Part shown: piece by piece, positions 17,085 to 27,100 of the stretch
How the letters are laid out: each line of letters starts with the position of its first letter
Position numbering within the stretch: position 1 is the stretch's first letter
From: a virus
Virus record (IMG/VR): IMGVR_UViG_3300025438_000009
Coordinates: 23,167 to 87,166 of that record
Length of the DNA: 64,000 nucleotides
Reading direction: 5' to 3' (one strand)
Position numbers and translations under genes: made by a program
Notes under the pieces: generated by a model
The model's database searches: none
The model's input: only the letters and a program-made list of their open reading frames with translations
Told to the model about the DNA's origin: nothing

Positions 17085-17432
17085 CTAAGCCTTTTTTCTC
17101 GGAGCCCTCTTCTTAGGAGCAGGCTTTGCCTTAGCTGTAACAGGCACCGCCACAACCTCTTCCTCGGGTTCTCCGGCAATCTTGGCATCCAGGATGGCAC
17201 TTCCGCCATCGGCAAGGAAGTGTGAGAAAGCAATCTGCGCCTCTCGGGGGACGTCCATCACCTTCTCGAAGTCGACAATGTGTAGGACGTCGCCTACGGA
17301 GTCTAGAATCTCGTAGTCGTTTCCGACGAGCATTCCGACTAGTGAAACTTCTGCCAGTGTAGACTCACTGGTGCAGAATACGTTTAGCATGTAGTTGCGG
17401 TATGCCACGCTGATTTTGAATTCTTTGGACAT
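17085..17432 (-). CDS. Hypothetical protein with histone-like basic tail
   Basis: AAGGAGAG RBS; C-terminal KAKPAPKKRAPRKKA. Confidence 0.8.
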   Translation of the reverse strand: MSKEFKISVAYRNYMLNVFCTSESTLAEVSLVGMLVGNDYEILDSVGDVLHIVDFEKVMDVPREAQIAFSHFLADGGSAILDAKIAGEPEEEVVAVPVTAKAKPAPKKRAPRKKA

Positions 17433-17532
17433 GTCTCTCCTTAAGATTTACAACCCAAACTATATCAGAAAAATATAACTTTATTGTTCTATTTCCGCCC
17501 TTAAGTACCAAATCTTCCTGTAGAATCTTCTT

Positions 17533-18015
17533 ATGAGAAGGTCCGCCAGAAGTCAGCCACTTCCCCTCAAAGAGCAGAAGCATCTGCTCGCCCTCGTGGA
17601 AACCCCGCCTTTGCTCAAGGCTCGTTGCTACTCTCTCTATATGGCTGGGTGGACTCTTTCGGCTATTGGTGACGCTCTTGGGAAAGCTCGTTCGACAGTC
17701 CGTTCGTGGATTGTGTCTGGCCCGTATCCTTTCGATACCACTATTCCTAAGCCTGCTGATAAAAGCTACGTCCGTCGACGCCCCATCTCTCCGGGCATTT
17801 CTCCTACCGACAAAAGTCGCCTTGCTAAGCTTGCGCCTATTGCCCGACGCTATCGGGCTAGACTCGCTCCCACGCATAGCGCTACACTTGCTAATAACGA
17901 ACTTACGGATTTAACTCGCGCTCTCCACGCCACAGGCGTATCCATTCAACAACTTGCTGATGCCACGGGTGTCACATATCGTGCCATGTATAGAAGGGTC
18001 AAAAATGTCCGTTAA
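17533..18015 (+). CDS. Double helix-turn-helix protein, paralog of 14354-14914
   Basis: GWTLSAIGDALGKARSTVRSWI and GVSIQQLADATGVTYRAM; TAGAAT -10 lies 6 nt before the ATG. Confidence 0.8.
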   Translation: MRRSARSQPLPLKEQKHLLALVETPPLLKARCYSLYMAGWTLSAIGDALGKARSTVRSWIVSGPYPFDTTIPKPADKSYVRRRPISPGISPTDKSRLAKLAPIARRYRARLAPTHSATLANNELTDLTRALHATGVSIQQLADATGVTYRAMYRRVKNVR

Positions 18016-18382
18016 GTACGACCTTTTCCCCGCGTATGTTGCTATTCTTCCTTCCGATGACCCGACCCCTAATGACAGTATGTCTTCGGGTCCACAGAAT
18101 CCTAGACATGCGAGGCATTTGGATAAGGCTCGGGTTGTGGTGTACCAGAATCGGATTATGATTGCTGTTGATAGTGATGAGGGCCCCCGAGTTGTTTTCC
18201 AGGAGAAGTACGACATCCCAATGTTTACTAGGTCTTCCTCGAGGGACGTTGACTCTTTCCTGACTACCGTTTCGGGAAAAAAGCTATCCTTCCGACGTAA
18301 CGATGCCTGCGGGTGTGGGTCTCGTTTGAGAAGTTGGAATCCGTATAACACTCTTCATTCAAAAAACGACCCTACGGAGTAG
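18005..18382 (+). CDS. Hypothetical protein
   Basis: C-terminal CGCGSRLRSWNP; start chosen at the coupled ATG. Confidence 0.75.
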   Translation: MSVKYDLFPAYVAILPSDDPTPNDSMSSGPQNPRHARHLDKARVVVYQNRIMIAVDSDEGPRVVFQEKYDIPMFTRSSSRDVDSFLTTVSGKKLSFRRNDACGCGSRLRSWNPYNTLHSKNDPTE

Positions 18383-18386
18383 ACAC

Positions 18387-18674
18387 ATGACCTTGACCTT
18401 TGTTGCGCTGGCTGTGCTGAGTGCGGCTACCTATCGAATCTCGAAATTCTTTATTGAAGATTTTTTGTTCAACGGAATCCGTGAAAAAATTTTTACAAAA
18501 TTTTCGCCCGAGACTTCTAAGATTGGCTATTTTTTTACGTGTTACTGGTGTATGAGTATGTGGATTGGAACAGCTCTTGCACTCGGTTATATACTAAATA
18601 GTAATGTTATGCTTGTAGTCTGCCTCCCCTTTGCGCTTTCCGCAATTGCAGGCATTATTAGCGATGTGAAGTAG
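18387..18674 (+). CDS. DUF1360-like membrane protein
   Basis: ATYRI...ED and CYWCMSMW motifs; sits before the portal. Confidence 0.8.
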   Translation: MTLTFVALAVLSAATYRISKFFIEDFLFNGIREKIFTKFSPETSKIGYFFTCYWCMSMWIGTALALGYILNSNVMLVVCLPFALSAIAGIISDVK

Positions 18675-18682
18675 GAGAAGCT

Positions 18683-20302
18683 GTGGGTGTTTTTCGTAAA
18701 GAGTCCGTTGCAGTACCTGCTCCATACTCCACCCCTCGCGCTTTAACGGCAGCAGCTGCCCAGGTTCGTCTTAATGATAGGGCTGAGGCTGAGCAGTTTA
18801 AGTCCCGGCGTGCGTCTTCTGTTAGTCAGTGGCAACAGGAGGCGTGGGAGTACTACGACGCTATCGGCGAGATTAAGTACGCTTTTAGTCTTGTTGGTTC
18901 GGTTGTTTCTCGCGTCCGCCTTTACGCTGCAGTAATTGAAAACCCAGCTAACGCTCCCGTTTCAGTTACGGACTCGGACACTATTGACCCTTCGCTTGCT
19001 GAGGCAGCACAACGTGCTTTGGCGAGACTTGATTCTGCATATGGCGGACTGGCTGGACTCCTTCGGGACGCAGCCCTCAACATTCTTGTTGCTGGTGAGT
19101 GCTATCTGATTCAGACTCCCGAGCGCATCGGCTCCAGCCTCCCTGAGACGTGGGACATTCGTTCTGTTGATGAGCTTAAGATTGACGGTCGCGGTCAGTA
19201 CATTATTTCTACACGTAGGGACTTGAGCGCGGCTAACGTTGTTCCCGTTCCTAAGAACTCTTTTGTTGGACGTATCTGGCGTTCACACCCCCGCTATTCT
19301 GATGAGCCAGATTCTAGCTTGAAGGGTATATTAGACCTTTGTTCCGAGCTGCTTTTGTTGAACCGTACTTTCCGCGCTACTGCCCGTTCGCGTCTGAACG
19401 CTGGTGCCCTCTACCTTCCCGACGGTCTTTCCGTTTCCGCTGGTCCAGAGAACGACTACCAGTTCGAAGATGAGATTGACATCACGAACCCGACTCCTGA
19501 GGAGGAGGAAGACGAGTTTGAAGAGCAACTGATTGATGCGATGACGACTCCTATCTCGGACGAGTCCTCCGCTAGTGCTGTTGTTCCTCTCATCATTCGC
19601 GGACCTGCTGAGCTTGGGGATGCTATCAAGCAGTTCAAGTTTGAGCGTTCTTTTGACCCAGCGCTAGCCGAGCGTTCTGACCGTGTTCTCGAACGCATCC
19701 TCCAGGGTCTTGATGTTCCTAAGGACATCGTTACGGGTCTTGCGAATGTTCGCTACTCGAACGCTATTCAGATTGACGAGAGCCTTTACAAAGCCCACAT
19801 TGAGCCTCTGATGCTTCTTATTGCAGACGCTCTCACGGTTGTGTATTTTCGCCCCTACTTGCGTTCGCTCGGGCATGAGGATGCGGACATTGACCGCCTT
19901 GTTATTTGGTATGACCCTTCCGCTGTTAGTACGCGCAACGACCGTGCGATGGATGCGGACTCGGGCTTTGACAAGATGGCGGTTAGCTACGGTGCGTGGA
20001 GACACGCACACGGATTCTCGGAGGCAGACGCTCCTAGCCCAACAGAACTGGCTATGAGGTTAATGATTCAAAAGGGCATGATTACGCCCGAACTGACGGA
20101 AGCACTTCTTGCAACTTTTGCCCCCGAGGCAATGACGGCTGTGCGTGATTCTGTTCAGTCTAAGAGTGACACCCCTGTTCCGACCGAGGTTGAGCAGATT
20201 CTTGAGCAACAGGGACCACCTGCAGAAGGGGGAGACGAATCCGCACCTCCTGCTCCTCCAGGAGAAGAACCACCTATCCCGCTAGCCGAGCCAGAAGCAT
20301 AA
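18683..20302 (+). CDS. Portal protein
   Basis: WQQEAWEYYDAIGEIKYA, GRIWRSHPR and GLDVPKDIVTG resemble cluster-B-like actinophage portals; size and position fit. Confidence 0.85.
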   Translation: MGVFRKESVAVPAPYSTPRALTAAAAQVRLNDRAEAEQFKSRRASSVSQWQQEAWEYYDAIGEIKYAFSLVGSVVSRVRLYAAVIENPANAPVSVTDSDTIDPSLAEAAQRALARLDSAYGGLAGLLRDAALNILVAGECYLIQTPERIGSSLPETWDIRSVDELKIDGRGQYIISTRRDLSAANVVPVPKNSFVGRIWRSHPRYSDEPDSSLKGILDLCSELLLLNRTFRATARSRLNAGALYLPDGLSVSAGPENDYQFEDEIDITNPTPEEEEDEFEEQLIDAMTTPISDESSASAVVPLIIRGPAELGDAIKQFKFERSFDPALAERSDRVLERILQGLDVPKDIVTGLANVRYSNAIQIDESLYKAHIEPLMLLIADALTVVYFRPYLRSLGHEDADIDRLVIWYDPSAVSTRNDRAMDADSGFDKMAVSYGAWRHAHGFSEADAPSPTELAMRLMIQKGMITPELTEALLATFAPEAMTAVRDSVQSKSDTPVPTEVEQILEQQGPPAEGGDESAPPAPPGEEPPIPLAEPEA

Positions 20303-20311
20303 GGTACCCCA

Positions 20312-20875
20312 GTGTCTAATTTAAACTTTGTTATAGACTCTTTGACGAGTGACGAGAATACACTTGTTGCGAGTGTTCGCAAGACTGACCCTTCTCAGAA
20401 GACTTTGATGCAGATTCTCAGTGACGAAGCTGAGCAGTTTAATCAGACGTTGCCAAAGCAACTACAGGCTAGTAAGAACGAGGTTGCTCTTCTTATTAGG
20501 CGAGAGCAGGATAATGGACATCCTGTTGCCATGCGTGCCGTAGGGCAGTACTTTAATACTCTCGAGAACCCGGATACTTTAACTCCTACGGAGCACAGGG
20601 ATTTGCTTCCTAAGGGGCACCCGTTGTCTACAAGGTGGGTTTCTTCTTTTAAGATTCGTAGAGAAGTTGCACAGTTTTTCACTACGGACAAAAGAATCCC
20701 TGAAGGGGAAATACGCACCCTTGTTGCCTCCGCTCTTGTGTATGAGCCTGGCTCTGCTCAGCGCATGTTCTATGAGGAGGTCATTACCTTGAAAACAAGG
20801 AGCCTGCCCATACTTGCTATTATTGAGAGGGCTGATATACTGATAGAGGAAAGGAAGAAAAGAATTAATGACTAA
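20312..20875 (+). CDS. Hypothetical head-module protein
   Basis: DLLPKGHPLST resembles DLLPASHPKST in the 1984-aa protein. Confidence 0.7.
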   Translation: MSNLNFVIDSLTSDENTLVASVRKTDPSQKTLMQILSDEAEQFNQTLPKQLQASKNEVALLIRREQDNGHPVAMRAVGQYFNTLENPDTLTPTEHRDLLPKGHPLSTRWVSSFKIRREVAQFFTTDKRIPEGEIRTLVASALVYEPGSAQRMFYEEVITLKTRSLPILAIIERADILIEERKKRIND

Positions 20876-21074
20876 ATTAACCACAAAAATCATCAACAAG
20901 GCTCTGTACTATCGACTGACTAAGGCAACGATGGAAGAGTATCTCGAGGTTTACCCCATTGAAGATGAAGAAACTCTGGAGTATTTCAAGGGTTTTTGGG
21001 CAAGGCTAGACAAAGAGATTTCTGAGACTAAACTACCACCAGGCGACTCCTGGGATATTCCTGCTGAGTGGTAA
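20868..21074 (+). CDS. 68-aa hypothetical protein
   Basis: Coupled ORF immediately upstream of the giant effector gene. Confidence 0.7.
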   Translation: MTKLTTKIINKALYYRLTKATMEEYLEVYPIEDEETLEYFKGFWARLDKEISETKLPPGDSWDIPAEW

Positions 21075-21140
21075 GAACACCTAAAAGTATTTGTACTAAA
21101 CTTATTTAGTACACATTTTGACCTAGGAAAGAAGCCTGAA

Positions 21141-24100
21141 GTGAGCCAAGGACGTGACGTGCTGAAGGCCCTAATCGCGGCTATTAATCCTTTTGCTGGT
21201 GGGAACTCTCGGCTTGCTCGTTCTCTTCGAGCCCGCAAACAACCTCGTGACCGCAAGGGTAGGTTCATTCGGACTGGTTCTGGTGTTAAGTTTGATATCA
21301 GAATTGGTGGCAAGGTTGTCCCTCTTACTGCACGCTCTGTAGGTTCTGCTTCTCGCGAGGGCTACATTCAAATGTATGTTCCGGCAGGCGACCCCAATCT
21401 ACCCGCAGGATTCTACGAGGTCGAGTCTGGCAAGGGTATGCTTGTTCAGGCGGTTATTGATGCTCCTGAAGTTGGGGACTCTAGTGTCTCAGTTACAGAC
21501 AAGAACATTATTGACCTTGAAAGTATCAGAACCTCTGACTCTCCCGAGGGCTGGGACTTTGAACCTGGCGAAAATGGCGAGGACCGTTGGGTTAGTCAGG
21601 ATGGAAAACTTGAGATTCTTGATAACTCTGAGACGGGGAAAATTGAGCTCAGTGAAAATGGCAAAAAGATTTCTGAGCATGCTGAAGTTCCCGACGCTTT
21701 TGTAGCGTCTGACAAGCGAGACATTGAACAGTCTCTAACAAAAAACTCTAAGACAGTTGTTGCCCGCCTCCGTGCCAACCTCGATGATGCTGAAACGGCT
21801 AAAGACGCTGGCCCAACAGATGCCAAAAATGCGAGAGAAGCTCTCGACAATGCTCTTTTTGATGACCCAGATTCCGAAGAAAAACTTGCGCTTGTTGATT
21901 CAGAGGCACCCGACCCAGAGAGCATGGGTGAGAGCGTACAGCTTTCCCCAAAGGACCTCGCAGACATGCGTAGAAGTCCGCTTACCTCTCAGCACCTTAA
22001 TGAAGACGGAACTTTTACCGAAGAGCGCCAGGCTTTACACGATGAAATAATCCGCAGGGCCTTAGAGGGCTCAACCCCCGTTGAGAACCCTACTCAGTGG
22101 ATGAATGGTGGCGGTCCTGGTTCCGGGAAGAGCTCACTCACTGAGGGTGTCAACAAAGAGCTTACGGGTTATGACGAGAACTCCGTTCTTCTTGACCCTG
22201 ATGAGGTTAAGCGCGAACTACCTGAGGTCCAGGAGGCTCTTGCTCGGATTGAGGCTGGCGAGGCTACTGAGGATGATATTGAGTGGGCTGGTCTTAGCCA
22301 TGAAGAGAGTAGTTACATTGCTAAGCGTATTCACCTCGCTGCTCTTGAGCGCCACCACAACGTTATTTTTGACGGTACAGGCGATGGAAGCGTAGACAGC
22401 GTCCGTAAAAAGGTCGAGCTTGCCCGGAAGAATGGCTATAAGCGCATTGAGGCTAACTACCTGTATCTGGAGCCCGATGAGGGCATTAAGCGTGCCAAAG
22501 AGCGTCAGGCTAAAAGTCACCGTAAGGTTCCTACTAAAGTCATCGAGGAGACCTACCAGACCGTCTCTAGTATTTTTCCAGAGCTTGCAGAGTCTGGCAT
22601 TTTTGATACGCTTCGTTTGTTTGACAACAACCAGGAGCGTGGTGTCACTGCCAAACTAATTTTTGAGCAGGTTGATGGTGATACTCAAGTTCTTGATGAC
22701 GACGCATACGACAGGTTTCAGAAGGCTCGCCCTACCGGGGGTGCGCCACCCCCACCAGTTGAAGAGGTCGTGGAGATTTCAGCTCCAGAGGCACCGACGA
22801 CACCAGAAGCCACGTTGCCTGACGGCGAGGACTCCCCACAGCTCCCCCGTATAGAGCGAACTCTTGACGAAGTCAACGCGGAACTTGCCGAGTTAAATGA
22901 GCGGATGCGCGAGCTAGAGGCGTCTGGGGCGGACGTCACGACTCCCGAAGAGTTTGATGCGCATGTCCAAGAGACGATAGACCTCCTAGCTGAGATTGAC
23001 GAAGTCCAAAATGAAAGAGTTCCTCTTGTTGTCAGAGAGGCCATGAGACAGGCAGTTGACAATCGGGACAGAGATACGCTAGAGTCGCTAAACACATCTA
23101 TTGATTCTGCCGAAGCCGAGAGTATTAGACTTAAGAGCAGAGGACAGGACGCATCTGAATCTGAGGAAAGATACCAAAATCTTATTGCCCAAAGAGATGC
23201 CTTACTAGAAAGAAGAGAGAACAATGTCGGAGAAATTGGACCAACAACTGACAGAAGACCAGCGGGAACAGTTCCTAGCGGTGTGGAAGGAGCGCCGTCC
23301 CGAAGTGCTCGAGTGGAGCGACAAGGAGATACTCTACGCGATGTTTCTGGGAATGTAGTTGCCACCAGGATTGATGGTCCCTCTAACGCAAACGAAATAG
23401 ATGCTGACGGTAGCAGGCTTGTAGAACTATTCGAGGTCAACTCCGACCAGGCAGAGCTTTTTAGGGGGGCTCTTCAGTCCAGTGTGGACGCCAGTGAGCA
23501 CGGTAGCTCTGTTACCGTCCACGACTTGGAGTATTACCAGCAAGACGGGGTCCGTATGTTCCTCACCCAGGATGGGCTGGGTGGAGTCGTTCTCAATGGA
23601 GATGAAATAGTCTCCGGCTTCATGCACCCCGGGGCTTCTGACCGTGGACAGGGTGCCATTATCTCTATGGTCTCTAGTATGGTAGACCGCGGCGGTCGCC
23701 GTCTGGATGCTTATGACACTGTGCTTCCTGACTTTTATGCCGAAGCTGGGTTTAAACCCGTTGGCAGGATTAAGTGGGATGACGCAGAGGCGCCTGAGGG
23801 TTGGAATTACGAGCTATATAGCAGGTGGAATAATGGTCGTCCCGACATTGTATTTATGGCATACGACCCTGAGCGTGTTGGGTCTGACTATAACAATACC
23901 GAGGGCGAGTTACTAAGTGACTATGGACGCGGTGAGGTACTTCAGCGGGAGGTTTTGGCAACTCTGGATGATTCTACAGTCTCTGAGATTTTGGAGGAGA
24001 GGAATAGTCTTTTTGCTGAGCGTCGTCGCCTTGCCCTGGAGGTTAACGAAGAGTTAAAGTCTCCTGACGGGCTTCTTCTTGGGGCAGTCCCCATCGGTGA

Positions 24101-27100
24101 CCGTGGCGCTCCTGATAATCTTTCTCTTATCTACGCGCCTGTTGGTCAAACCGTTGAGGTCACTAATGACGACGGCACAAAACGTCGCTATAAGAAAGTT
24201 TTTACTGGTCTTTGGAAGCGCGTTGATGACCCCACAGACTTAAAGCGTTACCGCTCACACCAGATTCGAACTGGTTTTATGGAGTACGTCCGCCCTAGGG
24301 ATGACGATAGTGTTTCTCCTAGTATTGCTCCTAGCCCCACAACCAGCGCTCCCGTAGCTGTCCCTTACTTTTTTCCTCCCAATACCAGTAAAGAAGAGCT
24401 CGAGTCTTTAAGAGAGTCTTACCAGCGCCAGGTGGGTAGCTCAGACAATGCTGTTGACTCAGAGCGCTCTGCAGCGACCGTTCGGCTTATTGACCGTTTG
24501 TTGGCGTCTCGGGGGGGAGAGATTCTAGACAACACTCCTGAAACTCCGGATAATACGCCTAGCCGTAGAATGGGTGCGCCTCTTCTGCCTGACAACTTGC
24601 CAACTTTGGGTAAGAGCACTGAGCCGTACACTCCAGGACAGGTTGATGTTCCGGGCGCAAGTGATGACCCTGCAGTAATTGCTAATACTTTCCGTGAGGT
24701 TGACCTTAAGAATTCTTACGAAATGGCTCTTATCACCAACTCAGACATGGTGAGGACTAACTTTCCTCCTGCTGAGGACGAGATTTTTGGGGCAGAAGTT
24801 AACTTGCCTATTGACGCTGTCCGTGATGCTTTGCAACTCATGGGCATTGACACAAATCAAACCGTAGAAACGATAGAGACTATTGAGCAGAATCGGGGCG
24901 AAGAGAGCACCGACCCAGTAACAACTGCAGACATTGAAGAATATAACTTTAATCAAAAAGAGCTCGAAAATCTTTATGGCTCATATGAACAACTTCGGAG
25001 CGCTAGAGCTTACGCTGTATCATCCGGACAGCCCGACTCTAGCATTGCCAATGTTGATGAAAGAATGCGTGCCCTTCGGGAAAGAATTCGTAGGCTTGAG
25101 TCTCAAGGTTTAAGAATTACTGAGCGTCCTGAGACAGTTGATGTCGGCCAGTTCAGGTGGGATTCTAGTGACCCAGACATTTACCGTCCAGGGCTTGTCA
25201 TGGAGGCCCTCAGGAAGAAGTATCCAAACGCTACAGAAAACTCAGATGGTGAGTTGGTTATTGGAGAAGCCGAATACACTGTCGCCAACGGCAAAAGATT
25301 TAAGTACGAAGCAGTCATCACAAAGACGGACGACGAGCTTTTCTATGTGTACATTCGAGAGACGAACTTGGGGGAGGAGGACCCAGCTAAGCGTTTCCGC
25401 TCAATTCGTTATGGTGAGATGCGTCACTCTGCTAGGGCTGTTAACATCCAGGCAATGAAGGCCCTAAAGAAAATTGACAACAGCGCTGGTGGCTCTAACA
25501 TTCACTCTTGGTTCAATGACCGCAGACGCGCCCGTGAGGGACGCGCAGCTAAGTTTGATGTGGCTGATGCCCAAGGGATGCCCCATCACATTCGGGATAT
25601 GGTGTTGACTCGTGAGTCTATCCGAAAGATTCAAGAAGCCGTTGATGAAGATGGCATCACTGAAGAGATGGTTACAACTCTTTATAACTACATCAACAAC
25701 TTTGGTAATAACGCTAATGTCATGCTCGCACTTTATGACACGTTTGGTCTTGACACTCCCACCTTGAACCGCTTTGTTGATGCTACTAACCAGCACATCC
25801 ATGAGCGTGACGGACTCAATACTTTTTCGCTGTGGGAGTCTGATAATGGCACTCCGCTTGCCGAGGGTGACATAGTTACGTATACGGGAGACCCAAGTCA
25901 AACAGGCTTCGATAATAACGCTGGCCGACGAGCTATTGTTAAAATCCGTAGCTTGGAGCACCGCTCTGGTGGGTACACGTACACGGATTATGTACAGATT
26001 AAGTTTATTGACGATGACGATGTCCCTATTCCTGGAATAGATTATCTTGTTGTTTCTTCGCACAATCTTCGCTTGGACAGAACTTTTGGAAACACTGATG
26101 GCTCTGAGCGTCGAGGGCCTAATGCAATCTCTACGCCACTGCCTGTCTTGACTACTCGCGCTGGGAACCGCTATGCGGGACAGGGCCGACTGGGTAGTAT
26201 CTCTCCTTACGTTACGGAGTATGACCGAGACACGATGGCAAGTCCGACAGTTGAGATTGACGGGGTTAAGTACCCTGTTCAGGCGTCTCGTCAAAGCTTG
26301 GTTGGACCAGACTTAACAAATATTGTTGCTCGCCCTGGGGATATGCAAACTGGCGATTTTATTATGCAGTTTGACCCCACATTTAGCTCTAGGCGTTTGG
26401 TTGAAGTTGTCAACGTGGAGACTCTAGAGAGTGGAAACGTTCGTCTTACACTTGTTGAGCCTATCAATATTTCATCGGCACGGGTGTCTCAAACAGAATT
26501 TGACGCTAATTCTACGCTAGCTATTGATGCGTACCGCAAGGACCCTAACTACGCTCCTGAGAGCGGACTTACTATGAGCCACGTTGGGCGCTTGGCTGAA
26601 ACTGTGCGAACCACTAATATTGACGCACTTACCCCTAGGAGCCGGGAAGTTATTCGGGGAATTCTGGGTAGCGCTGATGCAAGAGGCATTGAGAGTGGCG
26701 AGTTCACTCTTGAGGACTACAATGATGCGTTCCTGGATATGCTGGATAACCAGAACAATGAGCCGAGGGGTCCGGTTTCACTGGCGGAGGCTCGCAGGGC
26801 AGTGGAGAATGCTTCAAACCGTGGACTACCCGACGGTGACGCATTTTCTTCCATAAATTCTGTACGTGACGCTTCCGTTTCTCGGGGGGCAGAGCTGGGT
26901 GTTGATACTGGAGTAGAGACCCTGCCCTCTCAAATTATCCCGGAGGGCCCGCCCGTTCTAGAGACTCTAATTCCCGCTAATCTTCAGCAGGGTCCTTATG
27001 GCCCCAATGCTGGTGTGGTTGAGGGTGTGGATAGGGCTAGGATGGTAGAAATCCTGAGTATGCCAAAGAGTGTAGCCAGAACAAGAGCCTTTAATACAAT

